Assembly (NCBI GenBank): GCA_030295235.1
Contig: AP026120.1
Coordinates: 1 to 64,000, forward strand
Reading direction: 5' to 3'
Length of the DNA stretch: 64,000 nucleotides
From: Fistulifera solaris
Lineage: Eukaryota
Shown here: in pieces, positions 37,100 to 46,740 of the stretch
Position numbering within the stretch: the first letter of the stretch is position 1
Layout: every line of letters begins with the position of its first letter
Program-made: the position numbers and the translations under genes
The notes under the pieces: generated by a model
Databases searched by the model: none
Told to the model about the DNA's origin: nothing
Seen by the model: only the letters and a program-made list of their open reading frames with translations

Positions 37100-37951
37100 A
37101 TGCCAATTAAAAATAAAGAAAGAGAACTAGTTACTTCTTCTGAAAATTTGAAAAATTTACCTGATGAGAATCTGCTTTTTTCTCCAAGTTCTAATTTACA
37201 AATTAATGAAGAAAATCCAATAGATGTCTATACTTTGTCAACTAGAAATGATCTTAATTTTAGTTCTTTGTTTAAAAGTCAGACCAATGGTACTGTCGAT
37301 TTAACTGATGCTATATTTCCAAATTCTGCGCGACAAGTACGTTACAAATCTGAAGATGTGGATATTGAAAATTTAAAGACCCACACATTTGAATTGTACC
37401 AGTTAAATTTAAAAAAAAAAGAAGGACAAAGTAACCAACTTGCTTTTCGTGATTTTACCGAAATTGAAAATTCATCTGAATTTAAGGATTCAGAACTTTT
37501 AGCCAAATATAATGCCTTAACTACAGAAGAACCTTATCGCACATCATATATTAATTCTCACATTGACGTTTCTTTAATGAGTAATGAAGCTTTTTTAACA
37601 TTAGCAGAGCAATCTAGAATGTTGATAACCAGAATTTTAGCATTTGTAAAAGTCGATGACTTATCTTTTACATCATTACTACGCTATCTTCGAGTGCTAG
37701 CAGATCCAACCTCTATTAACGAACTCGATATCTTTGTTGATTCAAAAGAGTATTTTAAAAAAGCTCTTCTTAGTTGTTATAATTTATTTTTATATAGTTC
37801 GACTTTCGTAGCTTGTACATTATTTCAAGATAATAATGTGGATCCTAACCGATTAAAATATGCGGCGATTGCAATGACTTTAATTAAAATACTTCATAAT
37901 ACTAACTTATCAGTAGGTATCGCGAAAACAGAAACTAATTACTTTTTTTAA
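37100..37951 (+). CDS. orphan ORF283 (probably joins 37956-38261 as ~386 aa)
   Basis: 283-codon open frame with ATG in AT-rich DNA; stop follows a T7 run. Confidence 0.65.
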   Translation: MPIKNKERELVTSSENLKNLPDENLLFSPSSNLQINEENPIDVYTLSTRNDLNFSSLFKSQTNGTVDLTDAIFPNSARQVRYKSEDVDIENLKTHTFELYQLNLKKKEGQSNQLAFRDFTEIENSSEFKDSELLAKYNALTTEEPYRTSYINSHIDVSLMSNEAFLTLAEQSRMLITRILAFVKVDDLSFTSLLRYLRVLADPTSINELDIFVDSKEYFKKALLSCYNLFLYSSTFVACTLFQDNNVDPNRLKYAAIAMTLIKILHNTNLSVGIAKTETNYFF

Positions 37952-37955
37952 AACT

Positions 37956-38261
37956 GTGCGAGAATCATTACAATTAAAATATTACATTCCTAAACTATCA
38001 GAGTATATGTTACCCAAGTTACCAGAGTTTTTAAAAACTAGTTTTAAAAAAATGTCGCCTTTTGTAAAACGATCTTGTTTATTTGTTATACAATCGACTA
38101 GTCTTGCGATTTGTGGTTATGTGATTAATGAAAATTCAGGCAATCTTTTAACGATTTCACAAAATAATACTCATCAGTTAAATCTAAGCTTTACTCAAAG
38201 TCGGAATGATTGGTTTGATAAATTTTTAGAAATTTTATTTTTTAGTTTTTCTAATATCTAA
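37956..38261 (+). CDS. probable C-terminal part of orphan ORF283
   Basis: One-base change in the T7 run joins the frames. Confidence 0.5.
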   Translation: MRESLQLKYYIPKLSEYMLPKLPEFLKTSFKKMSPFVKRSCLFVIQSTSLAICGYVINENSGNLLTISQNNTHQLNLSFTQSRNDWFDKFLEILFFSFSNI

Positions 38262-38299
38262 TGTTTATTTAAATTTGTTAATTCTACACAAATCATAAA

Positions 38300-39055
38300 A
38301 TGTCAACTAAAACAATTTTAAAGCCATTCTTTGAGCCAATAGAAATAATAATCAAAGAATTTTATCTACTTATACTAAATCTTACTCCTTCTTATGCAGT
38401 TATAACAAGGTTAATATTTATGAGTATTTTAGTTTCAAAAATTATTCTTGTTGTGCCAGGTTCTTCTCTAAAAATTCCTGTTCTTTATAATGCAGCGAGT
38501 CTTTATTTAAATGAAATAACAGAAATCTGGTCGGAATTTAAATCTTTCTTTTATTCTTTAATAACTTATTTTCAACAAAATTCTGCGTTATATCAAGAAA
38601 AAAGTTTGCTTGTAGTTGAAAATACTATGTATAAAGAATTATTAGATTCTTTAAAATTAGAAAATCATACACTAAATTTGGAATTGCGAACTATACAAGA
38701 AGCGAATGCGCAATACAAAGCTGAAAATTCATTGTTGTTGCAAGAATTATCTAGGTCAAAGACTATTAATCAATTCGATAACATTATAAGAATAGCGGGT
38801 TCTATTATCGGCGTTGCGAACATTTTTACAAATTGTCTAAATTTGGGTACAATGTTCTACAATTTTATAATTCCTTCAAAAAAATTAGCTGAAGTTAGCT
38901 TATCAGTTCAAGATAAAGAATTATTAAAGGACACTCATAATTATGCAATGAAATCTGTTGAGTCTAAAATATTAGATCAAGCAGCTAATACTAAACAGTA
39001 TAATATTTTTGACGGTGCAAAGAGTTTATTTGATATTAGTCGTGAAGGTGGCTAA
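38300..39055 (+). CDS. orphan ORF251, hydrophobic segments plus coiled-coil-like middle
   Basis: 251-codon ATG-TAA ORF. Confidence 0.65.
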   Translation: MSTKTILKPFFEPIEIIIKEFYLLILNLTPSYAVITRLIFMSILVSKIILVVPGSSLKIPVLYNAASLYLNEITEIWSEFKSFFYSLITYFQQNSALYQEKSLLVVENTMYKELLDSLKLENHTLNLELRTIQEANAQYKAENSLLLQELSRSKTINQFDNIIRIAGSIIGVANIFTNCLNLGTMFYNFIIPSKKLAEVSLSVQDKELLKDTHNYAMKSVESKILDQAANTKQYNIFDGAKSLFDISREGG

Positions 39056-39155
39056 TTTAATTTCAAGAATAATAGAATAAATCTCTGATAGTGTACTTAT
39101 TTTAGATATTGTACTAAAAAGATTGCAATTGTAAAGGGTACAAAACTAGTTATAT

Positions 39156-39227
39156 CATCCCTAATGGGATTTGAACCCATGTTATTGACGTGAAAGGTCA
39201 GCGTCCTAACCACTAGACGATAGGGAC
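39156..39227 (-). tRNA. trnE: tRNA-Glu(UUC)
   Basis: CTTTCAC loop. Confidence 0.94.
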
Positions 39228-39260
39228 TTTATTTATAAATAAAAATGTATTTTTGGAAAA

Positions 39261-39333
39261 TAAACAATAACGGACTCGAACCGCTAACCTTTTCGTTGTA
39301 AGCGAAACACTCTACCAATTGAGTTAATTGTTC
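39261..39333 (-). tRNA. trnV: tRNA-Val(UAC)
   Basis: CTTACAA loop. Confidence 0.93.
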
Positions 39334-39342
39334 TTAAAATTT

Positions 39343-40962
39343 TTAACTAAAAAAGTTTGTAGCTTTTGCCCTTAGGATTTTTGAGCAATTCGCTAAAACA
39401 AGTGATTTGTGACTATATTCATCTTTACCTCCACTAAAAAAGTCATCTAACCAATATTTTAACTTTGTTAATTTTATTTTTGAACGTCTCTGTTTAAAAT
39501 TAGAGTTGTTGTTCAAGATTACAAAACTTTCATTTTTAATACCTAAATAAAAGTTTAAATTTGTTAAAGTTTGAGTTGCTTGGTAGTGAAAATAAATATA
39601 ATTTTTAAAATTTAAAAGCTTTTTGGAATTAAAAATAATTAAATTATTATCTTTATTGTTTAAAAATGTAACTTGAGTTCTTAAAGATTTTAAAACTCTT
39701 CTTAAAATTTGCCAGTTACTTTTTGCTGATTTTCGAAAAATAAGTTTTGTAGTTCTTTTCACAAATCCTTCGGTATTTATAAAAGTTTCTTCATTCTCGT
39801 AAAATATAGTAGAAGGTAAATGAAGATAATGACTTAAATTTTTAGAGTTTGAAAATAATTCGTTGTATAACTCTAAGTTTTTATCGTTACTCTGATTTAA
39901 AAATAACGAGTTTTGAGTATTTGTATTTGAATATTTCAGCAGCTTTAACTCAGTTATTTTTTTTAAATTTGAAACATTATTCAGTGAAACATTTAAAAAA
40001 TAGACAGAACTAAAATTACTTAAATCTTTACTATTTAGTGCGCCAAAGTTATACATTGATTGGCTTCCTACTTCAGAAAGTGAAGGACTTAATACATTTA
40101 TTCCATTCCAAACTTTGTTAAAAACTTGAGCGTATTTTAGTAGATTTAATAAGTTTTCTGTATTATTTTTATTTCCGTTTCTTTTTAACAACTCATAGTT
40201 GTAAATTATAACTGGATTTTTTGCTGATTTAAACTCTTGGCAAGCCAAATTATTTCCTTCTAAAATTGTTTTTAATACCGATGTATTTGATCCTAATGAA
40301 GATACGGGAAATGTTAAATCAATTAATGAACCTATGATTAAACATTTAAAGTTACCTTTAAAGAATCTTTGTCTTAGGTTTAAATTTAAGTAATATCCTT
40401 CATATCTTGGGTTACAAGAGATTAACAAACATAATGAAGAGTTTGCTAATCCAGCTTTACTTGTACTTGAATTAAGCTGAAGACTAGCTTCTAAATCATT
40501 ATTGTTATTAATATTTTCAGCTCGCTTAATTTTAATGAAAGATTTTTTTTGCTCTAAAATATTTAGCAAACTTAGTACTTCAATGCTTAAATTTTCAAAA
40601 ACAATAAGAAAAAAATTATTTTTACTCTGTTGAGTTTTACAATATTCAAAGACATATAATGTTTCTACTAATTGTTTTAAAATGTTAAACCAAGACTTAT
40701 TGTTTAAATCTTGATTTTTATTTCCATCAGCTTCCCAAATTCCAAATATTCCGTCAAAAAATTGACGGCCTTTATCAGTTAGCCATGTGTTTTGAGAGTG
40801 TATATTAAAATCTGGTTCAATCTGAACAACTTGATCTTTACTTATATACGCTCTTGTATTTGATCCAAATCCGTCTGTTGGATCAATACTTTCTAACTTT
40901 TCAATATCCCATCCTCTTAGTTCAAAAGGAAAACTTTTAAGAGTTAAAGCACCGATTTGTAA
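39343..40962 (-). CDS. nad11b: NADH dehydrogenase subunit 11, C-terminal part (539 aa; probable TTA start)
   Basis: Open frame LQIGALTLKSFPFELRGWD..SIDPTDGFGSN..WLTDKGRQFFDG..FINTEG. Confidence 0.9.
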   Translation of the reverse strand, partial: LQIGALTLKSFPFELRGWDIEKLESIDPTDGFGSNTRAYISKDQVVQIEPDFNIHSQNTWLTDKGRQFFDGIFGIWEADGNKNQDLNNKSWFNILKQLVETLYVFEYCKTQQSKNNFFLIVFENLSIEVLSLLNILEQKKSFIKIKRAENINNNNDLEASLQLNSSTSKAGLANSSLCLLISCNPRYEGYYLNLNLRQRFFKGNFKCLIIGSLIDLTFPVSSLGSNTSVLKTILEGNNLACQEFKSAKNPVIIYNYELLKRNGNKNNTENLLNLLKYAQVFNKVWNGINVLSPSLSEVGSQSMYNFGALNSKDLSNFSSVYFLNVSLNNVSNLKKITELKLLKYSNTNTQNSLFLNQSNDKNLELYNELFSNSKNLSHYLHLPSTIFYENEETFINTEGFVKRTTKLIFRKSAKSNWQILRRVLKSLRTQVTFLNNKDNNLIIFNSKKLLNFKNYIYFHYQATQTLTNLNFYLGIKNESFVILNNNSNFKQRRSKIKLTKLKYWLDDFFSGGKDEYSHKSLVLANCSKILRAKATNFFS

Positions 40963-41135
40963 TTAGTTATTTTGTTCGTAATTGTTTATAAATATATATA
41001 ATATACAACATTGCCAAGCTAAATAGTATAAAAAGAAGAGTAGAAAGCTTTTTACTTTTATCTAAAACAGATACACTCATTAAAATAATAAAGATGATCC
41101 ATAATAATAACAGTTTCATGGATGTTTTTTAGTTT

Positions 41136-41735
41136 TTAATATCGTTTAGATGTTAATGATCCAACAGGACATAGATCGATAACGTTTCCTGATAATTCAG
41201 AAGATAAAACTAAATCCACGTAAGTACCAATTTCACTCTGTGTTCCACGTCTAAACATACCAAGTTCTTCAACTCCAGCTATTTCTTTAGCAAATCTTAC
41301 ACATCTAGTACAGTGAATACACCGGGTCATTACTGTTTTAACAATAGGCCCTAAATCTTTATCACTTACTATCCGTTTAAATTTATAAAATCGTCTCTTA
41401 GTAAAACCAAAGAATAAAGATTGATCTTGTAAATCACAATCTCCTCCCTGATCACAAATAGGACAATCTAATGGGTGGTTTAATAATAGAAATTCTAAAA
41501 TATTTTCTCGGGCTTTTTTAATTAAAACACTATCATGATAAACACTTGTATTATATAAAGCCGCACTAGCGTTTGTAGCACAGGATACAACAGGTTTCAT
41601 AGAATTCTTTAATTCTACTAGACAAACTCTACAATTTCCAGCTATAGATAAATCATTGTGGTAACAGTAGTGTGGTACTGAAATACCACATGCTATTAAA
41701 TAAGCAATTAATGAAGTTTTATTATTTATTTTCAT
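41136..41735 (-). CDS. nad11a: NADH dehydrogenase subunit 11, N-terminal Fe-S part
   Basis: [35 protein letters not shown]. Confidence 0.96.
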   Translation of the reverse strand: MKINNKTSLIAYLIACGISVPHYCYHNDLSIAGNCRVCLVELKNSMKPVVSCATNASAALYNTSVYHDSVLIKKARENILEFLLLNHPLDCPICDQGGDCDLQDQSLFFGFTKRRFYKFKRIVSDKDLGPIVKTVMTRCIHCTRCVRFAKEIAGVEELGMFRRGTQSEIGTYVDLVLSSELSGNVIDLCPVGSLTSKRY

Positions 41736-41749
41736 TTTTTATTTTTACA

Positions 41750-41822
41750 GAGAATGTAGTTTAATGGTTAAAACATCGACCTGTCACGTCGAAGACTGCG
41801 GGTTCGAGTCCCGTCTTTTTCG
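41750..41822 (+). tRNA. trnD: tRNA-Asp(GUC)
   Basis: CTGTCAC loop. Confidence 0.92.
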
Positions 41823-41831
41823 GATTTTTTA

Positions 41832-42152
41832 TTAAATTTTATTAGTTAGTTTTTTTTTTATAGGATCTAACTGAATAGAATTTTTTAATCGGTAAAAAAC
41901 TGTTATAATAGCAAGACCGATTGCCGACTCCGCAGCAGCTATTGTTAGTACAAATATAACAAAAATTTGTCCAATAATATCATCTAAATAAATAGAAAAC
42001 GCTGCAAAGTTTAAGTTTATAGCAAGTAATAAAAGTTCAATTGACATAATAGTTATTAAAATATTTTTACGATTAAAAATTATTCCTGCCAATCCAATAA
42101 CAAAAACCAAAGAAGTTGTGATTAATAAATAATTTATATTGATAGTTAACAT
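41832..42152 (-). CDS. nad4L: NADH dehydrogenase subunit 4L
   Basis: MSIELLLLA, AAAESAIGLAI. Confidence 0.95.
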   Translation of the reverse strand: MLTININYLLITTSLVFVIGLAGIIFNRKNILITIMSIELLLLAINLNFAAFSIYLDDIIGQIFVIFVLTIAAAESAIGLAIITVFYRLKNSIQLDPIKKKLTNKI

Positions 42153-42163
42153 ATTAATTTTGC

Positions 42164-42237
42164 TAGGTATACTGGGACTCGAACCCAGGACCGGTGGATT
42201 AAAAGTCCAATGCTCTACCAAACTGAGCTACATACCC
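42164..42237 (-). tRNA. trnK: tRNA-Lys(UUU)
   Basis: CTTTTAA loop. Confidence 0.94.
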
Positions 42238-42257
42238 TTTTATTTAATACAAAATTA

Positions 42258-42503
<246 letters not shown>

Positions 42504-42579
42504 TTATAAACGACATTATATTTTTAACATATTGTCAAACTTTTTATCTGTGTCTTTCGTTTTATTTCTAAGAATAGAA

Positions 42580-42985
42580 TTAAATAAAAATTTTCGTTCT
42601 AACAGGTAATTTTGCACCGCCTGCTTTTAAGGCATTAAAAACAACGTTAAAATTTAAGCCTGTCACTTCGAACAAAGTTGTTCCGCCTCGAACTCGAGCA
42701 GCCCAGTGAGAAAATTGTCCTTTACCTTTACCCATTCTTATTCCTGTTGGTTTTGATGTAATTGATATATCAGGAAAAATTTTTATCCATATTTTCCCTT
42801 TTCGTTTTATTTTTCTAACTATTGCTTTTCTTGCGGCTTCTATTTGTCGAGCGTTTATAAGGCCCGATTCTAAAGCTTTCATTCCCACATTTCCGAAGCT
42901 TAGCTTGTTAGATTTAAATTCCAATTTTTTTAGCCGTCCTTTTCTTGCTTTTTTTATATTTAGTTTGTTTTGGTCCTGTAAACAT
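42580..42985 (-). CDS. rpl16: ribosomal protein L16 (frameshift near 5' end)
   Basis: GPKQTKYKK, RMGKGKG. Confidence 0.94.
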
Positions 42986-43002
42986 TTTATAATATTAATT
43001 TG

Positions 43003-44088
43003 TTACTTTTCACATATCCAAACTTTTACACCCAATGTTCCATTAGCTGTAAATGAAGCTGCTTCAAAGTAGTCAATTTTAGAGTTTATCGTCATCGCAG
43101 GTACACCATTTTTAATTTCTAAAATTTTATGTCTTGCTCTAGGAGCTCCATTGACCCGACCTTTGATTTGAATCTTGATTCCTTTAATATATGAAAAAGC
43201 TTTTGTATGAAACTGTGTTAACGTATTTTTTAAGAATCTGATAAAAAAATTATGTCTTTTTTGTTTTTGCAACTCTTGTGCAATAAATTTAGCTAATAAT
43301 TCGGCAGAATTTTTTTGTATCACGGATAAAAACATAATATCTATTCCTTCTTTGAAAAACTTGTTTTTCTCATATTTTCTAAGTCTAACTAAATTTTTCT
43401 TTAATGCTTTTATATTTTTTTTCGTAATTTCTTGCTTAATTTCAGCATTGATTGGTTTTATTACCAAAGAAAAGTTTATTTTTTGTTTAGTAAATAAAGA
43501 TAGACTTTCAAAAAATTTAGTTAAAAAAGTATTAGAATTAAAAGATGAAATATTATCGTATTTTTTAGATACATTATAATTTGCAAAATATTTTAAAAAT
43601 CGAGCTCTTGTAGCTGATGGTATTCTTTTTAAACCGAGTAATCTATTTTTAGCTATTTTCGAACTTGGTAAGATTGTACCATTTGGCTGTAATTCAGAAT
43701 TATTTTCTTGATATTTTTCTAAAGCTTTTCTATAAAAATTACGTTTTCTTGTATGATTTATTAATTTAACGTAGTCTGTTGAATATTTTACTTTTTTAGG
43801 TAGAAACTTTATTTTTCGATCTTCATGAATTACGTTTTTAATAATAGAATTAGCTTTTAACGTCGAAAAATAAGATACAAAAATATAAAGTGTGCTATTA
43901 AAAAAACTCAATTTTAAATCATGAACACTAAGACCATATGAATTAAAAAATTGCTTTATAAAGTTTTCTATTTCTATATTTTTGAAATTGTAGATAGGAG
44001 ATTCTAAAGATTTTTTTTCAATGTATTTAGCTTTTGAAGCGTATGTTTTATCTATTCTAAGTATAATAGGATTAGCTTTTCTGCCCAT
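43003..44088 (-). CDS. rps3: ribosomal protein S3
   Basis: MGRKANPIILR, GIKIQIKGRVNG, GVKVWI. Confidence 0.93.
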   Translation of the reverse strand: MGRKANPIILRIDKTYASKAKYIEKKSLESPIYNFKNIEIENFIKQFFNSYGLSVHDLKLSFFNSTLYIFVSYFSTLKANSIIKNVIHEDRKIKFLPKKVKYSTDYVKLINHTRKRNFYRKALEKYQENNSELQPNGTILPSSKIAKNRLLGLKRIPSATRARFLKYFANYNVSKKYDNISSFNSNTFLTKFFESLSLFTKQKINFSLVIKPINAEIKQEITKKNIKALKKNLVRLRKYEKNKFFKEGIDIMFLSVIQKNSAELLAKFIAQELQKQKRHNFFIRFLKNTLTQFHTKAFSYIKGIKIQIKGRVNGAPRARHKILEIKNGVPAMTINSKIDYFEAASFTANGTLGVKVWICEK

Positions 44089-44350
44089 TTTTTATTTTTT
44101 TTGATTTTTTTTTAAAAACAAATTTGGCCCGTGTAGGTACAAATTCTCCAAACTTATGTCCAATCATAGAATCAGTAACTGATATATCTATATATTTTTT
44201 TCCATTATACACTTGAAAGTCTAACCCAACAAATTTTGGTATTATTTCAGAGTTTTTAGACATAAAATATATATTTTTCTTTGGATTAGCTTTTTTTAAG
44301 TTTAAGTATTTTGGATCGATGTAAGGTCCTTTCCATTTAGATCTACTCAT
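44072..44350 (-). CDS. rps19: ribosomal protein S19
   Basis: [17 protein letters not shown]. Confidence 0.95.
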   Translation of the reverse strand: MSRSKWKGPYIDPKYLNLKKANPKKNIYFMSKNSEIIPKFVGLDFQVYNGKKYIDISVTDSMIGHKFGEFVPTRAKFVFKKKSKKIKNGQKS

Positions 44351-45155
44351 TTATTTTTTTTATTATTGCTTTATTTTTAGATTTGCTTGTTTTACCTTTC
44401 TTATTATTTTTTCCCCAAGGTGTTTTATCTTTTCCAGATTTTTTTCCTTCACCACCTCCATGTGGGTGATCAATAGGATTCATTGCTACACCTCGTACGG
44501 TTGGCCTATTGTTTAGCCAACGTGACCTACCGGCTTTTCCAAGTTTTGTCAAAAAGGTAAGTTCATTTGAAACGATTCCGATAGTTGCATAGCACTGCGG
44601 TGATATAAATCGCGTTTCACCAGAACTAAGTTCAATCTTGGCGTATTTAAATGTTTTTTCTTTTAATTTTGAAAAAGTTCCGGCAGCTCTGCTAATCTGA
44701 GCAGGTTTTGATACTGTTGGTGATATGTTATGAATATAGCTTCCAACAGGTATATTTGAAATTGGTAAAGAGTGACCGATTTTTGGCTCTGCTTTTAAGC
44801 CAGATTTTACTATATCTCCTATTTTTAAATCATTGGGAGCTAGTATATAAAAAAAATTTTTTTGTTCGGTATCGTATATTGAAGCAATGCTTGCACTTCT
44901 GTTAGGGTCGTATTCGATACTTGTGGTGATTCCTACGGAATGATTAGTTCGATAAAAATTTATAGTTCTATATTTTCGTTTATGCCCCCCACCTTTATGG
45001 TTTACGGTAATTTTACCAGAATTGTTTCTACCAAATGACCGTTTTATTGATTTTATGTGTTTTTTAAAAAAAGGTTTCTTATCTAGATGTTTTTTATCTA
45101 ACTGTACTAAATGTCTTTGAGAAGAAGTTGTAAGCTTTTCAGTTTTAAAATTCAT
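44343..45155 (-). CDS. rpl2: ribosomal protein L2
   Basis: [23 protein letters not shown]. Confidence 0.96.
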   Translation of the reverse strand: MNFKTEKLTTSSQRHLVQLDKKHLDKKPFFKKHIKSIKRSFGRNNSGKITVNHKGGGHKRKYRTINFYRTNHSVGITTSIEYDPNRSASIASIYDTEQKNFFYILAPNDLKIGDIVKSGLKAEPKIGHSLPISNIPVGSYIHNISPTVSKPAQISRAAGTFSKLKEKTFKYAKIELSSGETRFISPQCYATIGIVSNELTFLTKLGKAGRSRWLNNRPTVRGVAMNPIDHPHGGGEGKKSGKDKTPWGKNNKKGKTSKSKNKAIIKKINE

Positions 45156-45181
45156 TTACTATTTTATTTTTTAATTTTAGA

Positions 45182-45736
45182 ATGAGTGAAAAAAATTATA
45201 CTAAATTTTTTGATTTAAACAAATTTTTGCGATTTATTAATTTAAAAAAACAATATCTTAAACAGCTAAAAAATAAAGAAAAATTCTTATCTCATATGAA
45301 AGAAAAGAATTACAAGTATTTAAATAGTTCTTTAACTAATAATACTAGACAGCCATTAAACTCTATGGATAATTTGATAACTTATGTTATCGATTTAAAG
45401 TTTTCAAGATCCAATACGCTTTTGCACGTCATGGACTTTTCTGGAAAATTGAAATTCTTTTACTCAGCAGGGTCTGTTAAGTATTCAGGTAAAAATAAAA
45501 AATCTCGATACATGATTTTTAGAGATTTGTACCGTATATTAGTTTCAAAGTTAGCATTCTTAAAAGGAAAACCTGTAGCTTTACATTTAACTAATGTCGG
45601 TATAAATAAAACCTGGATAGTTAAAAAGTTAAAAAAACGATTTTTCATAAAATGTGTCAAAACATTTAATTTACACCCTCATAATGGGTGTAGAAAGCGA
45701 AAGATGCGACGTAAAAAATTTAAGAAAAAGAAATAA
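45182..45736 (+). CDS. rps11: ribosomal protein S11
   Basis: PHNGCR. Confidence 0.9.
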   Translation: MSEKNYTKFFDLNKFLRFINLKKQYLKQLKNKEKFLSHMKEKNYKYLNSSLTNNTRQPLNSMDNLITYVIDLKFSRSNTLLHVMDFSGKLKFFYSAGSVKYSGKNKKSRYMIFRDLYRILVSKLAFLKGKPVALHLTNVGINKTWIVKKLKKRFFIKCVKTFNLHPHNGCRKRKMRRKKFKKKK

Positions 45737-45769
45737 AGTCTACAAATTTGTGTTTAGACTTGAAATCAC

Positions 45770-45852
45770 GAAGAAATGGCTGAGCGGTTTAAAGCGGCAG
45801 ACTGTAAATCTGTTGAGTTTTCTCATCGTAGGTTCGAATCCTGCTTTCTTCA
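45770..45852 (+). tRNA. trnY: tRNA-Tyr(GUA)
   Basis: Copy of 2420-2502. Confidence 0.95.
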
Positions 45853-45858
45853 GTTTTT

Positions 45859-45930
45859 CGAAATATAACGCAGCGGTAGCGTGTCTGCTTTGGGAGCAGA
45901 AAGTCATGTGTTCGAATCACATTATTTCGA
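45859..45930 (+). tRNA. trnP: tRNA-Pro(UGG)
   Basis: Copy of 2508-2579. Confidence 0.95.
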
Positions 45931-46385
45931 TAAATTATTTAAAATATGAGATTTTATATTGGTCAACTTAAATTGATATAATAACAATTTACTTTCCCGA
46001 TATTTTAATGAATTTGCATATTTAACTTGGTTTAAAGAATAAACATTTTTATTCATCTTTAGAGCTAAAAATACAAATGATTCTAGACTTAATAATTTTT
46101 TTTTAGATATAGTTAGGTTTTTGTTATTTTTGCTGCTAGGTTTTATAAAAACTGTAAGACCGTTTACTAATGGTTCAATGTTTTGATAAACTGAATTTTT
46201 CAAAAGATTTTTTGAAGTTTTATTAAAAATTTTGGAATACGAAAGATTTAGTTTTTTTAGTTCTTGTTCTGTTCTGGTCCCGTCAGTAGAATTTTGATTT
46301 ATACTGTTGAAAAAAAGAATAAATCACTAGTCTTTATATAATTTTTTGTTTTTAGAATTTTATAATTCTTTAAAGTAAGCTCCAT
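45922..46385 (-). CDS. rpl10: probable ribosomal protein L10 (one frameshift)
   Basis: ATG at 46385; frame restored by +1 T in the run near 46310. Confidence 0.6.
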
Positions 46386-46408
46386 AAATTTTTATATATA
46401 CAAATAAT

Positions 46409-46480
46409 TAGGCTTAGTAGGATTCGAACCTACGACTAAACCGTTATGAGCGGTACGTTCTACCACTGAACTATAAGCCT
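46409..46480 (-). tRNA. trnI: tRNA-Ile(CAU)
   Basis: Copy of 3054-3125. Confidence 0.85.
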
Positions 46481-46520
46481 TCCGTAATTTTAAATTCTAC
46501 AACACAACATATAATTAAAA

Positions 46521-46673
46521 ATGAGAAATATTAGTTTTAGACAAGTTATTATTGTGATATTGGTTTTTTTTCTTCTATTTGGAGATTTTTTTAATTTAAA
46601 AAAAAAGGTCACAGTTTATTTAAACGATTTTAAAAATTACTTAAATAAAAAAAACAGGAAAAAAAGGACTTGA
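46521..46673 (+). CDS. tatA: TatA, 50 aa
   Basis: Intact: TM helix ending LLFG then amphipathic basic helix; TGA stop. Confidence 0.85.
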   Translation: MRNISFRQVIIVILVFFLLFGDFFNLKKKVTVYLNDFKNYLNKKNRKKRT

Positions 46674-46727
46674 ACCTTTGTCTTTTGGTTTTGGAAACCA
46701 ACGCTCTACCAACTGAACTATTCTCCT
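46655..46727 (-). tRNA. trnW: tRNA-Trp(CCA)
   Basis: Copy of 3296-3367. Confidence 0.93.
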
Positions 46728-46740
46728 TTTATTAAAAAAT

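Noticed and set aside
41750..41822. U6:U67 mismatch in the trnD acceptor stem as an editing site
   Set aside because: A single internal mismatch in a T-run seen in only one copy; cannot be separated from sequencing error or a tolerated mismatch
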